Shown: positions 10,214 through 20,725 of the stretch, one piece after another | How positions within the stretch are numbered: the stretch's first letter is position 1 | How the letters are laid out: each line of letters starts with the position of its first letter | Origin: Vicinamibacterales bacterium | Lineage (GTDB): Bacteria; Acidobacteriota; Vicinamibacteria; Vicinamibacterales; JAMQPK01 | NCBI GenBank assembly: GCA_963802345.1 | Contig: CAWDIK010000014.1 | Span: forward strand, 52,902-116,901 | DNA length: 64,000 nt | Direction: 5' to 3' | Program-made: the position numbers and the translations under genes | The notes under the pieces: generated by a model | Seen by the model: only the letters and a program-made list of their open reading frames with translations | Told to the model about the DNA's origin: nothing | The model's database searches: none

Positions 10214-12789
10214 ATGGATCACAGTGTAAAGTCGCGCGTTCCCGATAAGCCTGCGCTCGAAGGACTCGAGCCGAAGTGGCAGGAGCGTTGGGAGGACGGC
10301 GGCACGTATCGTTTCGATCGCAGCAAATCACGCGATCAGATTTTTTCCATCGACACGCCGCCGCCGACGATCAGCGGCTCGCTGCACATCGGCCACGTAT
10401 TTTCATACACGCACACCGACGTCATCGCGCGCTTTCAGCGGATGCGCGGCCGCGAAGTGTTCTATCCGATGGGATGGGACGACAACGGGCTGCCCACCGA
10501 GCGCCGCGTGCAGAACTACTACGGCGTGCGGTGCGATCCGTCGCTGCCGTACGACCCGAACTTCCAGCCGCCGCCGGAGCCGCCGAAGCAGCCGATCTCG
10601 ATCTCGCGCCCCAACTTCGTCGAGCTCTGCCTCCGCCTGACGAAGGAAGACGAAGAGGCGTTCGAGCGTCTGTGGCGCTACCTTGGCCTGTCGGTCGACT
10701 GGTCGATGACCTACGCGACGATCGGCAAGCGAGTCGCAACTCGCATCGCAGGCTGGATTTCTGCACCTGCTGAAGCGAGGTCTGGCGTACCAGCTCGAAG
10801 CACCTACGCTGTGGGACGTGGATTTCCGCACGGCTGTGGCGCAGGCCGAGCTCGAAGATCGCGAGCGCGAAGGCGCTTACCACCGTCTGCGGTTCGACCG
10901 GCCCGACGGTGGAGCGGTCGAGATCGAGACGACGCGTCCCGAGCTGCTTCCCGCATGCGTCGCGCTCGTCGCGCACCCGGATGACGAGCGATACAAGCCG
11001 CTGTTCGGCAAAGACGTGTTGACGCCGCTCTTTCGCGCGCGCGTGCCCGTGCGGGCGCACGAGCTTGCCGATCCCGAAAAGGGGAGCGGCATCGCCATGA
11101 TCTGCACGTTCGGCGACATCACCGACGTCACGTGGTGGCGCGAGCTGTCGCTGCCGGTTCGCGCGGTGATTCAGCCAAACGGCACGCTTCGGCCGATTAC
11201 CTGGGGCGCCGCCGGATGGGAATCGCAGGACGCCGCGGCCGCGCAACAGGCATACGACCAGATCGCCGGACAATCCATCAACAAGGCCCGCGCGAAAGTC
11301 GTCGAGCTGCTTCGCGACAGCGGATCGATGATCGGCGAGCCGCGGCCGATCATGCACAACGTCAAGTTCTACGAGAAAGGCGATCGGCCGCTCGAGATCG
11401 TGACGAGCCGGCAGTGGTTCATCAAGACGATGGACTATCGATCGGCGTTGATTCAGCGCGGACGGCAGATCCAGTGGCACCCCGAATACATGCGCGTGCG
11501 CTTCGAGAACTGGGTCAACGGCCTGAACGGCGACTGGTGCGTCAGCCGGCAGCGGTTCTTCGGCGTGCCGTTCCCGTTGTGGTACCCGATCGATAAGGAC
11601 GGCGTGGTGGACTACTCGCGCCCGATCGTTCCCGGAGGAGTCACGGCTGCCGATCGATCCGTCGACCGACGTGCCGGATGGGTATCGGGCCGAGCAGCGA
11701 GGCCAGCCGGATGGATTTGCGGGTGACCCCGACATCATGGACACGTGGGCGACGTCATCGATGTCGCCGCAAATCGTGTCCCGCTGGCGCGAAGATCCTG
11801 ACCTGTTCGCGCCGGGTATTTCCGATGGATCTGCGTCCGCAGGCGCACGACATCATTCGCACGTGGCTGTTCTCGACCGTGCTGCGCGCGCACCTCGAGC
11901 ACGACAGCCTGCCGTGGTTCCACGCGGCGATCTCGGGATTCGTGACCGATCCCGATCGCAAGAAGATGTCGAAATCGAAAGGGAACGTCGTCACGCCGTT
12001 CGCGCTGCTCGAAGAGCACGGATCGGACGGCGTGCGCTACTGGGCCGCCAAGGGCGGGCCCGGCGTCGACACGATGTTCGATGCGGCGCAGATGAAAGTG
12101 GGCCGCCGTCTCGCCATCAAGCTGTTGAATGCGTCGAAGTTCATCCTCGCTCGAGCGCGGATCCGCAGGGACCGATCACGGCCGCAGTCGACCGGGCGAT
12201 GTTGGGCAACCTCGCGAGCCTGGTGCGCGAGGCGACGCAGGCGCTCGACGACTACGAGTACGGCCGGGCAATCGAACTGATCGAGCGCGAGTTCTGGGGC
12301 TTTTGCGACGACTATCTCGAGTTCGTCAAGGGCCGTCGGTACGGAGAGCAGGGACCCGAAGGAGCCGGGTCGGCCAACAGCGCGCTCGTCGCAGCGTTGT
12401 CTGTGTACTTGCGATTGTTCGCGCCGTATCTTCCGTTTGCGACCGAAGAAGTCTGGTCGTGGTGGAAGGACGGGTCTGTGCATCGTGCGCCGTGGCCCTC
12501 GGGCGATGAGCTGGCGCCGTTGGTCCGCGGCCTCAGCGACGATGATCAGCAGAAGTGGAGCTACGCCCGCGAGGTGATAGGCGAAGTACGCAAACGTCGC
12601 TCCGAAGCCAAACAGCCGCTGAAAGTGCCGATTGTCCGCGCAGTCATCGCGGACGCTCCCGTGCGTCTTGCGCACCTCGATGCGATCGAGGCCGATCTGC
12701 GCGCAGCGGTGCGCATCGAGGCTATCGAGCGAAAGACCGCCGACGCTCTTTCCGTCGAGGTGCAGTTTGGCGCCGCCCCGCAGGCTTGA
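10214..12789 (+). CDS. valS: Valine--tRNA ligase, split by four frameshifts as assembled
   Basis: GSLHIGHVF and KMSKSKGN motifs. The ValRS sequence continues across ORFs 9989.., 10818.., 11671.. and 11678.., with frame changes near 10740, 11632, 11812 and 12150. Confidence 0.85.
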
Positions 12790-13615
12790 ACCGGGCGACT
12801 ATCGCGACCTCGTGCGTCGCGCGCTGGCAGAGGATCTCGCCGGCGGCGATGTCACCACGGATGCGATTGTCGGCCAGGGCGATCGGGCGCGCGGCACCTT
12901 CCTGGTCAAGTCGCCCTGCACGCTCGCCGGCCTCGATGTCGCGCTCGAGGTGTTCGTCCAGCTCGATCCGCGTGTCGGCGCCGAATGGCAGTTTCGGGAC
13001 GGCGATACATGTGAAGCCGGCGTGACGATCGGCCATCTTACAGGGAGCGCGCGTGCCTTGCTCTCCGGCGAGCGCACGGCGCTGAACATCCTGCAGCATC
13101 TGTCAGGTATCGCGACGCTCGCTCGACAGTTCGTCGAGGCGAGCGGAGGCACAATCACGATCCTCGACACACGCAAGACGACGCCTACGCTGCGAGCCCT
13201 CGAGAAGTACGCTGTCCGGATGGGCGGCGCGACGAACCATCGCATGTCGCTGAACGACGGCGTGATGATCAAAGACAATCACATCAGGCTCGGCGGGGGT
13301 ATTGCCAACGCACTCACGCAGGTGCGGGCGTTCGGCGCGAAGCCGGTGGTCGAAGTCGAAGTCGAGACGCTGAAGCAGGTCGACCAGGCGCTCGACGCCG
13401 GCGCCGATATTCTGCTGCTCGATAACATGACCACGGACGACATCCGCGAGGCCGTTCGACGATGCCGGGGCCGCGCCAGGACCGAGATCTCAGGGGGTGT
13501 CACGCTCGCGCGCATTCCAGAGCTGGCCTCGACGGGCGCTGATTTTGTGTCCGCCGGAGCGCTTACGCATTCTGCTCCCGCGGTCGACATCAGCTTTGAC
13601 ATCCAACCCGCCTGA
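12767..13615 (+). CDS. nadC: Nicotinate-nucleotide diphosphorylase (carboxylating)
   Basis: ERTALNILQHLSGIATL, DTRKTTPTLRALEKYAVRMGGATNHR and MIKDNH. The start is uncertain: TTG at 12767 or ATG at 12680. Confidence 0.8.
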   Translation: MAPPRRLEPGDYRDLVRRALAEDLAGGDVTTDAIVGQGDRARGTFLVKSPCTLAGLDVALEVFVQLDPRVGAEWQFRDGDTCEAGVTIGHLTGSARALLSGERTALNILQHLSGIATLARQFVEASGGTITILDTRKTTPTLRALEKYAVRMGGATNHRMSLNDGVMIKDNHIRLGGGIANALTQVRAFGAKPVVEVEVETLKQVDQALDAGADILLLDNMTTDDIREAVRRCRGRARTEISGGVTLARIPELASTGADFVSAGALTHSAPAVDISFDIQPA

Positions 13616-14453
13616 CCAACCGTTCGACTGGCATGCAGTTCCGGCGGACGTCGCGCGGGAGATGTCACGCGTCGCCCCGCGCGCGCGGGGCATGGGCCGG
13701 TGCATCCATTGGCTCGAGTCGACCGGGTCGACAAATGACGTGGCCGCACGCCTCGCCGAATCCGGCGCAGAGCAAGGCACAATCGTCGTCGCGGACATGC
13801 AGACCGCCGGTCGCGGTCGACATGGGCGCGTATGGTTTTCGCCGCCGGGCGCCGGATTGTACGCGTCGATCATCATTCGTCCCGCGCATGCGATGGCGGG
13901 CGAAGAGCGGCCGGCCGCGCTGTTGACGCTCGCCGCGGGAGTGGCGATCGCCGAGGCCGTTCGTGGGCTGACAGGGCTGCCTGCGAAGATCAAATGGCCG
14001 AACGACGTCGTTGTCGGGCCGCGGAAGCTCGCCGGAATCCTGGCCGAAGCGGCGATGCAGGGAGGCACACTCCAGCACATCGTGCTCGGCTTCGGCGTCA
14101 ACCTGCGATCCGCCGCGTATCCGCCCGAGCTCACCGCGCGGACGACTTCGATTGAAGCAGAAACGAACCGGCCGGCCGAGCGCGGATTGATGCTTGCCGA
14201 AATCGTTGCGGCGCTGGCCGATCGCTGCGCAGATCTCCAGGCCGGAAGGTTCGATGCTATTCTGAGCGCCTGGCGACAGATTGCGGCGCGCGTCCCTGGC
14301 GCGCGAGTCGAATGGGACTCGCCCCATGGCGTCGTCTGCGGACGTGCGGAAGATATCGATCGACACGGTGCTTTGCTGGTACGCGTCGGCGGAAAAGTTA
14401 GAGCGCGTGGTCGCTGGAGAAGTGCGGTGGATCGACTGAGAGCTGAGAGCTGA
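13596..14453 (+). CDS. birA: Biotin--[acetyl-CoA-carboxylase] ligase (class I)
   Basis: STGSTND and ADMQTAGRGRHGRVWFSPPGAGLY. The start is uncertain: TTG at 13596 or ATG at 13662. A 1-nt indel near 14398 alters the last ~18 codons; the corrected frame ends ...VERVVAGEVRWID with TGA at 14437. Confidence 0.8.
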   Translation: MTSNPPDQPFDWHAVPADVAREMSRVAPRARGMGRCIHWLESTGSTNDVAARLAESGAEQGTIVVADMQTAGRGRHGRVWFSPPGAGLYASIIIRPAHAMAGEERPAALLTLAAGVAIAEAVRGLTGLPAKIKWPNDVVVGPRKLAGILAEAAMQGGTLQHIVLGFGVNLRSAAYPPELTARTTSIEAETNRPAERGLMLAEIVAALADRCADLQAGRFDAILSAWRQIAARVPGARVEWDSPHGVVCGRAEDIDRHGALLVRVGGKVRARGRWRSAVDRLRAES

Positions 14454-14463
14454 GAGCTGAAAA
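14436..14463. repeat. Heptanucleotide tandem repeat (CTGAGAG x3 + CTGAAAA)
   Basis: Three perfect units plus one variant unit lie between birA and coaX. Confidence 0.9.
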
Positions 14464-14466
14464 CAC

Positions 14467-15249
14467 ATGCTATTAGCCATTGACGTCGGCAATACCAACA
14501 TCGTGCTCGGTGTGTTCGAGGGCGAGCGGCTCGTGGAGAGCTGGCGTCTGGCGACGCTGCGCGAGCGCACGTCCGACGAGATCGGCATCTGGGTCGCGCA
14601 GCTCTTCCAGCACCGTGCGATTGATGTCGACAAGGTGACCGGCATCGTCATGGGATCGGTGGTGCCGCCTTTGACGAGCACATTCATGACGATGGCCCAG
14701 CGCTATTTCGGCATGCGGCCTTTGAATGTGGACAGCACGGTCGACACGGGAATGCCCATCCTGTACAAGAACCCAGCCGAGGTGGGCGCCGATCGTCTTC
14801 TCAACGGCGTCGCCGCATTTCGTCTGTACGGACGCGAGCGCCGGGCGCCGATGATCGTCGTCGATTTCGGTACTGCCACGACGTTCGACGCAATTTCGGC
14901 AAAGGGGGAATATCTCGGCGGCATCATTACTCCGGGCATGCAGATTTCCGCCGATGCGCTCTTTCAGCGCGCCGCGCGGCTGCCGCGTGTCGACATGAAG
15001 AAGCCGTGCGAGGTGATTGGCCGGACCACGGTCGGCGCAATCGAATCGGGTCTCTATTACGGGTACGTCGGGTTGGTGGACGGCCTCGTGCGGCGCATGC
15101 GCGACGAGCTCGGCCAGAATGCGGTCTGTATCGCGACGGGCGGACTGGCGGGGGTGATTGCGCCAGAAGTGGATCTCATCGAGCACGTCGACGCGGATTT
15201 GACGCTCCAGGGATTGAGAATGGTGTGGGAGAGAAACAGACCCCGTTGA
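14467..15249 (+). CDS. coaX: Type III pantothenate kinase
   Basis: MLLAIDVGNTN, GADRLLN and VVDFGTATTFD. Confidence 0.9.
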   Translation: MLLAIDVGNTNIVLGVFEGERLVESWRLATLRERTSDEIGIWVAQLFQHRAIDVDKVTGIVMGSVVPPLTSTFMTMAQRYFGMRPLNVDSTVDTGMPILYKNPAEVGADRLLNGVAAFRLYGRERRAPMIVVDFGTATTFDAISAKGEYLGGIITPGMQISADALFQRAARLPRVDMKKPCEVIGRTTVGAIESGLYYGYVGLVDGLVRRMRDELGQNAVCIATGGLAGVIAPEVDLIEHVDADLTLQGLRMVWERNRPR

Positions 15250-15269
15250 GCGGGGCCGGCCGCCCCGAG

Positions 15270-15977
15270 ATGGACACAGACGAGTACTGCCGCGAGATCG
15301 AAGCCTACCTCTGCCGCAAGAACGACGGCCACCTGATCAGAATCGTCGGACCTTCCTTCGAGCGTGTCCGCAGCTGGTCCGCACAGGGCATTCCGTTGAA
15401 GGTCGCGTGCCAGGGCATCGACACCTACTTCGTGAGGTACTACGCCAAGGGGGTTCGACGCCGGCCGGTGCAGATTGATTTCTGCGAGAACGACATCCTT
15501 GATGCCTTCGATGCCTGGCGCCGCGCCGTCGGCGTTCGCCTTCCTGGCGCAGAAGAGATGCAGGCAGAGACCCAAAGCAGGCGGCGCAAGCGAAGTCTGC
15601 CCGAACATCTGGATCGTGTGTGCGAGCGCGTTACCGCGCGGCGTGCCGGCATGACGCCGCCTCCTCCCGAGTTCGATGCGGTGCTGGACACGATCGCTCG
15701 GGAAGCGGCGGCCTTTCGCGATCAGCCCGGGCCGTTGCGTGGAGAAACGCGCGAACGGATTACGGCGCGCCTCGCCGAGCTGGATCGCCTGATGCTCGAC
15801 GCCGCGCGCGCGCACGCCGATCCCGCGGCCGTTCAGGCAATGCGTATTGAAGCCTCCACGCAGCTGCTGCCGTTCCGCGATCGCATGGCGGCCGAGACGT
15901 ACGGGCGCGCGATCGAAGCGGCGGTCGACCGTCTGTTGCGCGAGCGCGAACACCTGCCTGTTGTGGCGTTTGGCTAG
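15270..15977 (+). CDS. Hypothetical protein (235 aa)
   Basis: ATG at 15270 is in frame with ORF 15006..15977. I recognise no domain. Confidence 0.5.
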   Translation: MDTDEYCREIEAYLCRKNDGHLIRIVGPSFERVRSWSAQGIPLKVACQGIDTYFVRYYAKGVRRRPVQIDFCENDILDAFDAWRRAVGVRLPGAEEMQAETQSRRRKRSLPEHLDRVCERVTARRAGMTPPPPEFDAVLDTIAREAAAFRDQPGPLRGETRERITARLAELDRLMLDAARAHADPAAVQAMRIEASTQLLPFRDRMAAETYGRAIEAAVDRLLREREHLPVVAFG

Positions 15978-16031
15978 GCGGTGGGTAGAGGCGGTAGGCG
16001 GAGAGCGGAGAGCGGAGAGCTGAAGAGCTAG
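15977..16031. repeat. Degenerate heptanucleotide tandem repeat (GCGGAGA family, 8 units)
   Basis: ggcggtg ggtagag gcggtag gcggaga gcggaga gcggaga gctgaag agctagc fills the spacer between two convergent stop codons. Confidence 0.9.
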
Positions 16032-17289
16032 CTACGTCGTAAGCACCGCGAGCGTCTCGACGTGGGCGGTGTTCGGAAACAGATCGAATGCTTCGATGTG
16101 CTCGAGGCGGTAGCCGGCCTCCGAGAATCGTTTCACGTCCCGGGCGAGTGTGGCCGGATCGCACGACAGGTATACCACCCGCGGGGCTTTCAGGCCGATG
16201 ATGCCCGACATCGCTTCGGTCGAGATCCCCGTCCTGGGAGGATCGAGCAGCAGCGTGTCAGGCCGCTGGAGACCGCGCCGCTTCAGGTAACTTTCAACCG
16301 AAAGATGCTGGACGTGCGTCGCGGCGCCATAAGGCGCCGCATTGGATTCGAGATCGCGCGCGCTCGAGCGGTCGCCCTCCACCGCCACAACCTGAGCGTT
16401 TCCTCGGGCTGCGAGCGAAACGGAGAACAGGCCCACGCCGGCATACAGCTCCGTCACCGTGCCGGCCGGAACCTGTGCGAGCACTTGCGTCACGAGCTCT
16501 GGCAGCAGATGACGATTGCCCTGAAAGAACGACTGCACGTGGTGGGTCACCGCGACCGACGCGTCGGACACTGGAATCAGGTCGCTGACATATGGCGAGC
16601 CGTACGACACCGTCATGTGCCCCTGTTGATGATCGATGAACAGCAGCCCCGAAATGCCATCAATCGGATCGATGAGGTCAGGTCCGCCGGCCGACGGCGC
16701 CAATTCCAGCAGCACCGCCCGCTCGGTCGCGGCGGCGTTCTCTGAAAGCTCGCACGACGTGACCGCGACGTCGTGCAGGGCGCCCTCGAGCCGCCGCAGC
16801 GCATCGATGGAGTCGGGCAACAGCTGTCGCGTTAGCGCCGCGTCGCAGAGATCGTGAGTGCCTTCACGGAAAAATCCGAGCTTCCCATGTCGCGCGTGAA
16901 GACGGGCCCGCATGCGATAGCCCTCTTCCCTGGACGCACGCACGACGACCTCCGCGGCGAGTGGCATTTTGGCGATGCGTGCAAATGCGTCGGCGATCAC
17001 TTCCGACTTCAGCCGGCGCTGCCGCTCGTACGCGATGTGCGCATACAGAGATCCACCGCACGCCCAATCGACATCGGCCGCTCTTCGATCGGGGCTCGGG
17101 TCGAGGACGGCGACGACGTTTCCAAACGCGAGTTGCTTCTGAATGCGATCGATGCGGACACGTGCGCGCTCTCCGGGGATCGCGCCGGCGACGAAGACAA
17201 TCTGTCCTTCGTGCCTCGCGAGCATGCGCCCGCCGGCGACGGGCTTCTCGATCGTTGAAAGTAATTTCGTCGTCGAGTTTAAGAGACAT
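16032..17289 (-). CDS. SAM-dependent RNA (uracil-5-)-methyltransferase, TrmA/RlmD family, N-terminus frameshifted
   Basis: C-terminal LDPPRTG and VYLSCDPATLARD. The N-terminal TRAM-like part (MSLKLDDEITFN / IEKPVAGGRMLARHEG) is in another frame, with an indel near 17262. Confidence 0.75.
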
Positions 17290-17296
17290 TTCTGAA

Positions 17297-17343
17297 CAGG
17301 AGAGCAGGAGCGTATTCCAGACTCCTAGTCTCCTAATCTCCTG
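17297..17343. repeat. Heptamer-type repeat with inverted halves (caggaga gcaggag ... ctcctag tctccta atctcct)
   Basis: Spacer between two minus-strand genes. The AGGAGA and TCTCCT blocks are complementary. Confidence 0.6.
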
Positions 17344-17354
17344 TTTCGTATTTG

Positions 17355-18032
17355 TCAGCGGGTCTCGGCTGCTTTCACGAATTCCTCGAACAGCGAGCGG
17401 AACTCGCCCGTCCGCCAGAAGTTCTCGGGGTGCCACTGCACCGCGATACAGAAACGGCTCGCGGGGCGCTCGATCGCTTCGATGACGCCATCGGGCGCGG
17501 TCGCGGAGACGGTGAATCCTCCTTCGGTCTTGTCGACGGCCTGGTGATGGCGGCTGTTGACCTGGAGTACTTCGCCGTCGACGAGCTCTTCCTGCATGAC
17601 GTGCGCGAGCACGCTGCCGGGCGTGACCCACACCTCGTGCGCGATCGCGAACGGCGGGGAATCGACCTGATGGCCGAGCGCCTGGTTGACCTGCGCCGGA
17701 ATGTCCTGCGTGAGCGTTCCGCCGGCGGCGACGTTGACGACCTGTAGTCCGCGGCACACCGCGAGCAGCGGCGTGTCGCTTGCGAGGGCAAGCTTCGCAA
17801 GCGCAAGCTCGAACGCATCGCGCGCAGCGTCAGGTTCGTTCGTCTTCGGATGCCGCGTGTCGCCGTAGTGGGCGGGGTCGATGTCGCCGCCGCCGGTAAA
17901 GAGCACGCCGTCGAGGCCGTCGAGTGTGGGCGGTGCATCCATCGAGAGCACACGCGGGTCGCCGCCGGCCCGCCGAATGGATTCGACGTAGTCGGTCAAC
18001 CGGTTGGATGGCGTGATGCCGATGACGGCCAT
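17355..18032 (-). CDS. Class-I glutamine amidotransferase (gamma-glutamyl-GABA hydrolase / peptidase C26 family)
   Basis: LLAVCRGLQVVNVA (nucleophile Cys), NSRHHQAV and QWHPE. Confidence 0.8.
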   Translation of the reverse strand: MAVIGITPSNRLTDYVESIRRAGGDPRVLSMDAPPTLDGLDGVLFTGGGDIDPAHYGDTRHPKTNEPDAARDAFELALAKLALASDTPLLAVCRGLQVVNVAAGGTLTQDIPAQVNQALGHQVDSPPFAIAHEVWVTPGSVLAHVMQEELVDGEVLQVNSRHHQAVDKTEGGFTVSATAPDGVIEAIERPASRFCIAVQWHPENFWRTGEFRSLFEEFVKAAETR

Positions 18033-20058
18033 TACATTCTCGGGGGTACGGCGATGCCCATGAGATCGAGCGCGCGCGTCAGCTGCGCACGCACGTACGC
18101 CACGCCGGCGGCGCGCCAGAGCCGGGCGGCCGCCTGCTCCTCGTTGAGGATCGGATACCGGTGATAAAAGCCGTTGAACATCTGTGCCAGCCCGAACGCG
18201 TATTTTGCGAGTACCGAGAACTCCAGCGTCCGAACGACTTGCTCGACGATTTCATCGAGGCGCGAGGCTTCGAGGATGAGCGCCCACAAATCATGGCTGC
18301 CTCCCTCGCCAGTCAGCTCGGCAGCGTCGATCTCGCCAAGCGTCGCAAACACGGCGGCTTCGTCGACCTTGTCGCGGTCGCGCAGCTTGGCAAAAATGTT
18401 CTGGGCCCGAACGACAGCATACTGTAGATACGGGCCGCTTTCACCTTCGAACGCGAGGGCTTCGTCGATATCGAAGGCAATGATTTTGGTGCGCGAATAC
18501 TTCACCATGAAATAGCGGACCGCGGCGACCGCGATCATGTCGGCGATGCGCCGATGCTCCGCGGCGGCGAGCTCTGGATTGCGCCTGGCCACTTCGGTTT
18601 CGGCGCGCGCGATGAGGGTGTCCAGCAGGTCGTCGGCCTTCACCCCCTGTCCCTTGCGGCCCGACACATCGACGAACCCACGCTTGTCATCGGGCGCATC
18701 GGGGGCGAGGTATCCGAGCGCCCGCGCCGCGGCGTTCGAGAGTGCCACCATTTCGTACGAGAAATGCGTTGCCCGCTCGGCTTGCTCGGCGTAGCCCAGG
18801 GTCCGAAGCGCCTGCTTCAGCAGCTTCTGAAGATACGACTGCCGCACATCGATGACGTTGTAGGTCGCGTCGGCGCGGCCGAATGGCGGATGCGAAGCAT
18901 CCCCGGGTGTCTGGGAAGTCGACCACAGGACTTCGCCGTTTGTCCGGGTTCCGAATCGGCAATAGTAGAAGTCGCGCCCCAGCAGCCCGAGCTTCCAGAA
19001 CTGATAGGCGATGTCCTTGCCCACGTACGTGACGGTGCCGTTCGATCGGACGATGACCTTCTCCCGCTCGCTCTCCTCGTTCTCAGCCTAATCCCTAATC
19101 CCGAATCCCCAATCCCTTCGGAGGCAGGCTCGTCCTCCTCGATCTTCATGACCCAGCAGCCGGCCAGCTTGCCTTCAGTCTGGAGATACACCGCGCCTTT
19201 CTCTTTCAAAATCTCGAAGGCGCGCGCCCAGAACTGCAGCCGCAGAATGTGGCCTTCCCACGTAAGCAGGTCGTAATCCACGTTCAGCCGCGCCATCGTC
19301 TTCAGGTGGCATCGGACGATGCGTTCGGCGATGAACGCGGCAATGTCTGACGTCGCGGTGCCGCCGTGCTCGATGTCGTGCAGCGTGGCCGCGCGAATCT
19401 TGAGGCGCTCTTTGTCTTCGTCGTACCACTGCGTGACGCGCGCGTAGAGATCCCAGCAGTAGTAGTCGAACCGCGTCGAGTCCGCGATGGCGCGGATGTC
19501 CTCGAGGGTCTTGTCTTCGAGCTCGCGAAATCCGACGACGACGTCGGCCACCTGGACGCCGGTGTCGTCGATGTAGTTCTGCACCTCGACGGGAACGCCT
19601 CGGAAGCGCTGCACGCGTACGAGCGTGTCGCCCAGCGCGGAATTGCGAATATGGCCGATGTGCGCCGCCTTGTTCGGGTTGATGGCGGTGTGCTCGACGA
19701 TGGCCTTTTGGGGTCTGACCCCCGTACCTGTACGGGGGTCAGACCCCAATGGCACGACTCTTTCGACGAAGGCGACGCGATCCAGATAGATGTTCAGGTA
19801 GCCGTTCGGCGCGGCCTCGACGCGAACGACGCCGTCTAGAGGCCCGAGGGCCGCGGCGAGCTCCTGTGCGATGACGCGCGGCGCTTTGCGCAGGCGGCGC
19901 GCGAGCTCGAACGCCACGGGCGTTGCGAGATCGCCGAGCTCGCGCTTCGGCGGATATTCGATCGGCAGCTGTGGCAGTGCGTCAGGCGGCACCTGATAAA
20001 GGTGCTGAAGCGTCGCCAATAACCGCTCGCGCAGGCGTTCGTGAACTGGAAGAATCAT
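18032..20058 (-). CDS. argS: Arginine--tRNA ligase, one frameshift at an internal heptamer repeat
   Basis: INPNKAAHIGHIRN at the N-terminus (ORF 18817..20058) and VGKDIAYQFWKLG onward (ORF 18032..19024). The frames switch inside 19087-19116. Confidence 0.85.
19087..19116. repeat. Heptanucleotide repeat (CCTAATC family) inside the argS coding region
   Basis: cctaatc cctaatc ccgaatc cccaatc cc, the same unit family as at 37251, 43668 and 47824. Confidence 0.85.
19708..19749. repeat. Perfect 42-nt palindrome (20-bp arms, 2-nt spacer) translated in frame within argS
   Basis: ttggggtctgacccccgtac-ct-gtacgggggtcagaccccaa. It is exactly 14 codons (LGSDPRTGTGVRPQ) just before KAIVEHTAINPNK. Confidence 0.9.
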
Positions 20059-20690
20059 GAAGGATAGTGATACTCTCCATCGAGATCGATCGCACGTATG
20101 TGGTCATCCGGGGTGTTGAGGTTGAAGAACAGCACCTCTTCCGGCCCGAACGCGTTGAGCTCGTCCCGTCCTACCTCGTGGACGTTCAAGCCGGGAATCC
20201 GGGCGACATCGCTCAGCCTGAATCGCCGTTCGTCGATCAGGCGCCGCAGCTCCGTCGCGGAGCGGCGGGAATAGGTCGCGCACAGCGGCTCATAACCGCG
20301 CGCCGTGCGGGGAATCGCAATGTCGACGGAGCCTCCGACCGATACAAGATGTGCGAGCAGCCGCTCGCTGACAAACGGCATGTCGCACGCAATCACCAGC
20401 GTCCAGTCGGTACCGGCCGCATGAACGGCCGTGTAGAGCGCGCCGAGCGCGCCGCCGTCCGGCACCATGTCGGGAATCACTGGAACGCCGGCGCCGCTGA
20501 ACGGCTCCGCGTCGTTGGCAATGATGATTGTCCGATCGACCACGCGGCGGAGCCGCGCCAATTGACGGTCCAGAACGGACGCGCTGCCGGGGTGCAGAAT
20601 CAGCGTGGCTTTGTTCAGCCCCCCCAGGCGCCGCGCGCGGCCGCCTGCGAGGATGGCTCCCGTCCACATCGAAATCAGGTCAGGCACCAC
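20055..20690 (-). CDS. mobA: Molybdenum cofactor guanylyltransferase
   Basis: GAILAGGRARRLGG.NKA and ACDMPF. The stop overlaps the argS start. An alternative start is at 20669. Confidence 0.8.
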   Translation of the reverse strand: MVPDLISMWTGAILAGGRARRLGGLNKATLILHPGSASVLDRQLARLRRVVDRTIIIANDAEPFSGAGVPVIPDMVPDGGALGALYTAVHAAGTDWTLVIACDMPFVSERLLAHLVSVGGSVDIAIPRTARGYEPLCATYSRRSATELRRLIDERRFRLSDVARIPGLNVHEVGRDELNAFGPEEVLFFNLNTPDDHIRAIDLDGEYHYPS

Positions 20691-20725
20691 AGCGGTGGTG
20701 CCATGGGCGGAAGGATATCAGAAGA

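Noticed and set aside
15977-16031. The heptamer repeat arrays as possible CRISPR arrays.
   Set aside because: The period is 7 nt with no spacers, each array is 60 nt or less, and no cas genes are present. They are not CRISPR.
10214-20058. Calling valS and argS true pseudogenes.
   Set aside because: Both are single-copy essential functions in this window and have fully conserved sequence on either side of each frame change. The same indel pattern affects many unrelated genes, so sequence error is the economical explanation.
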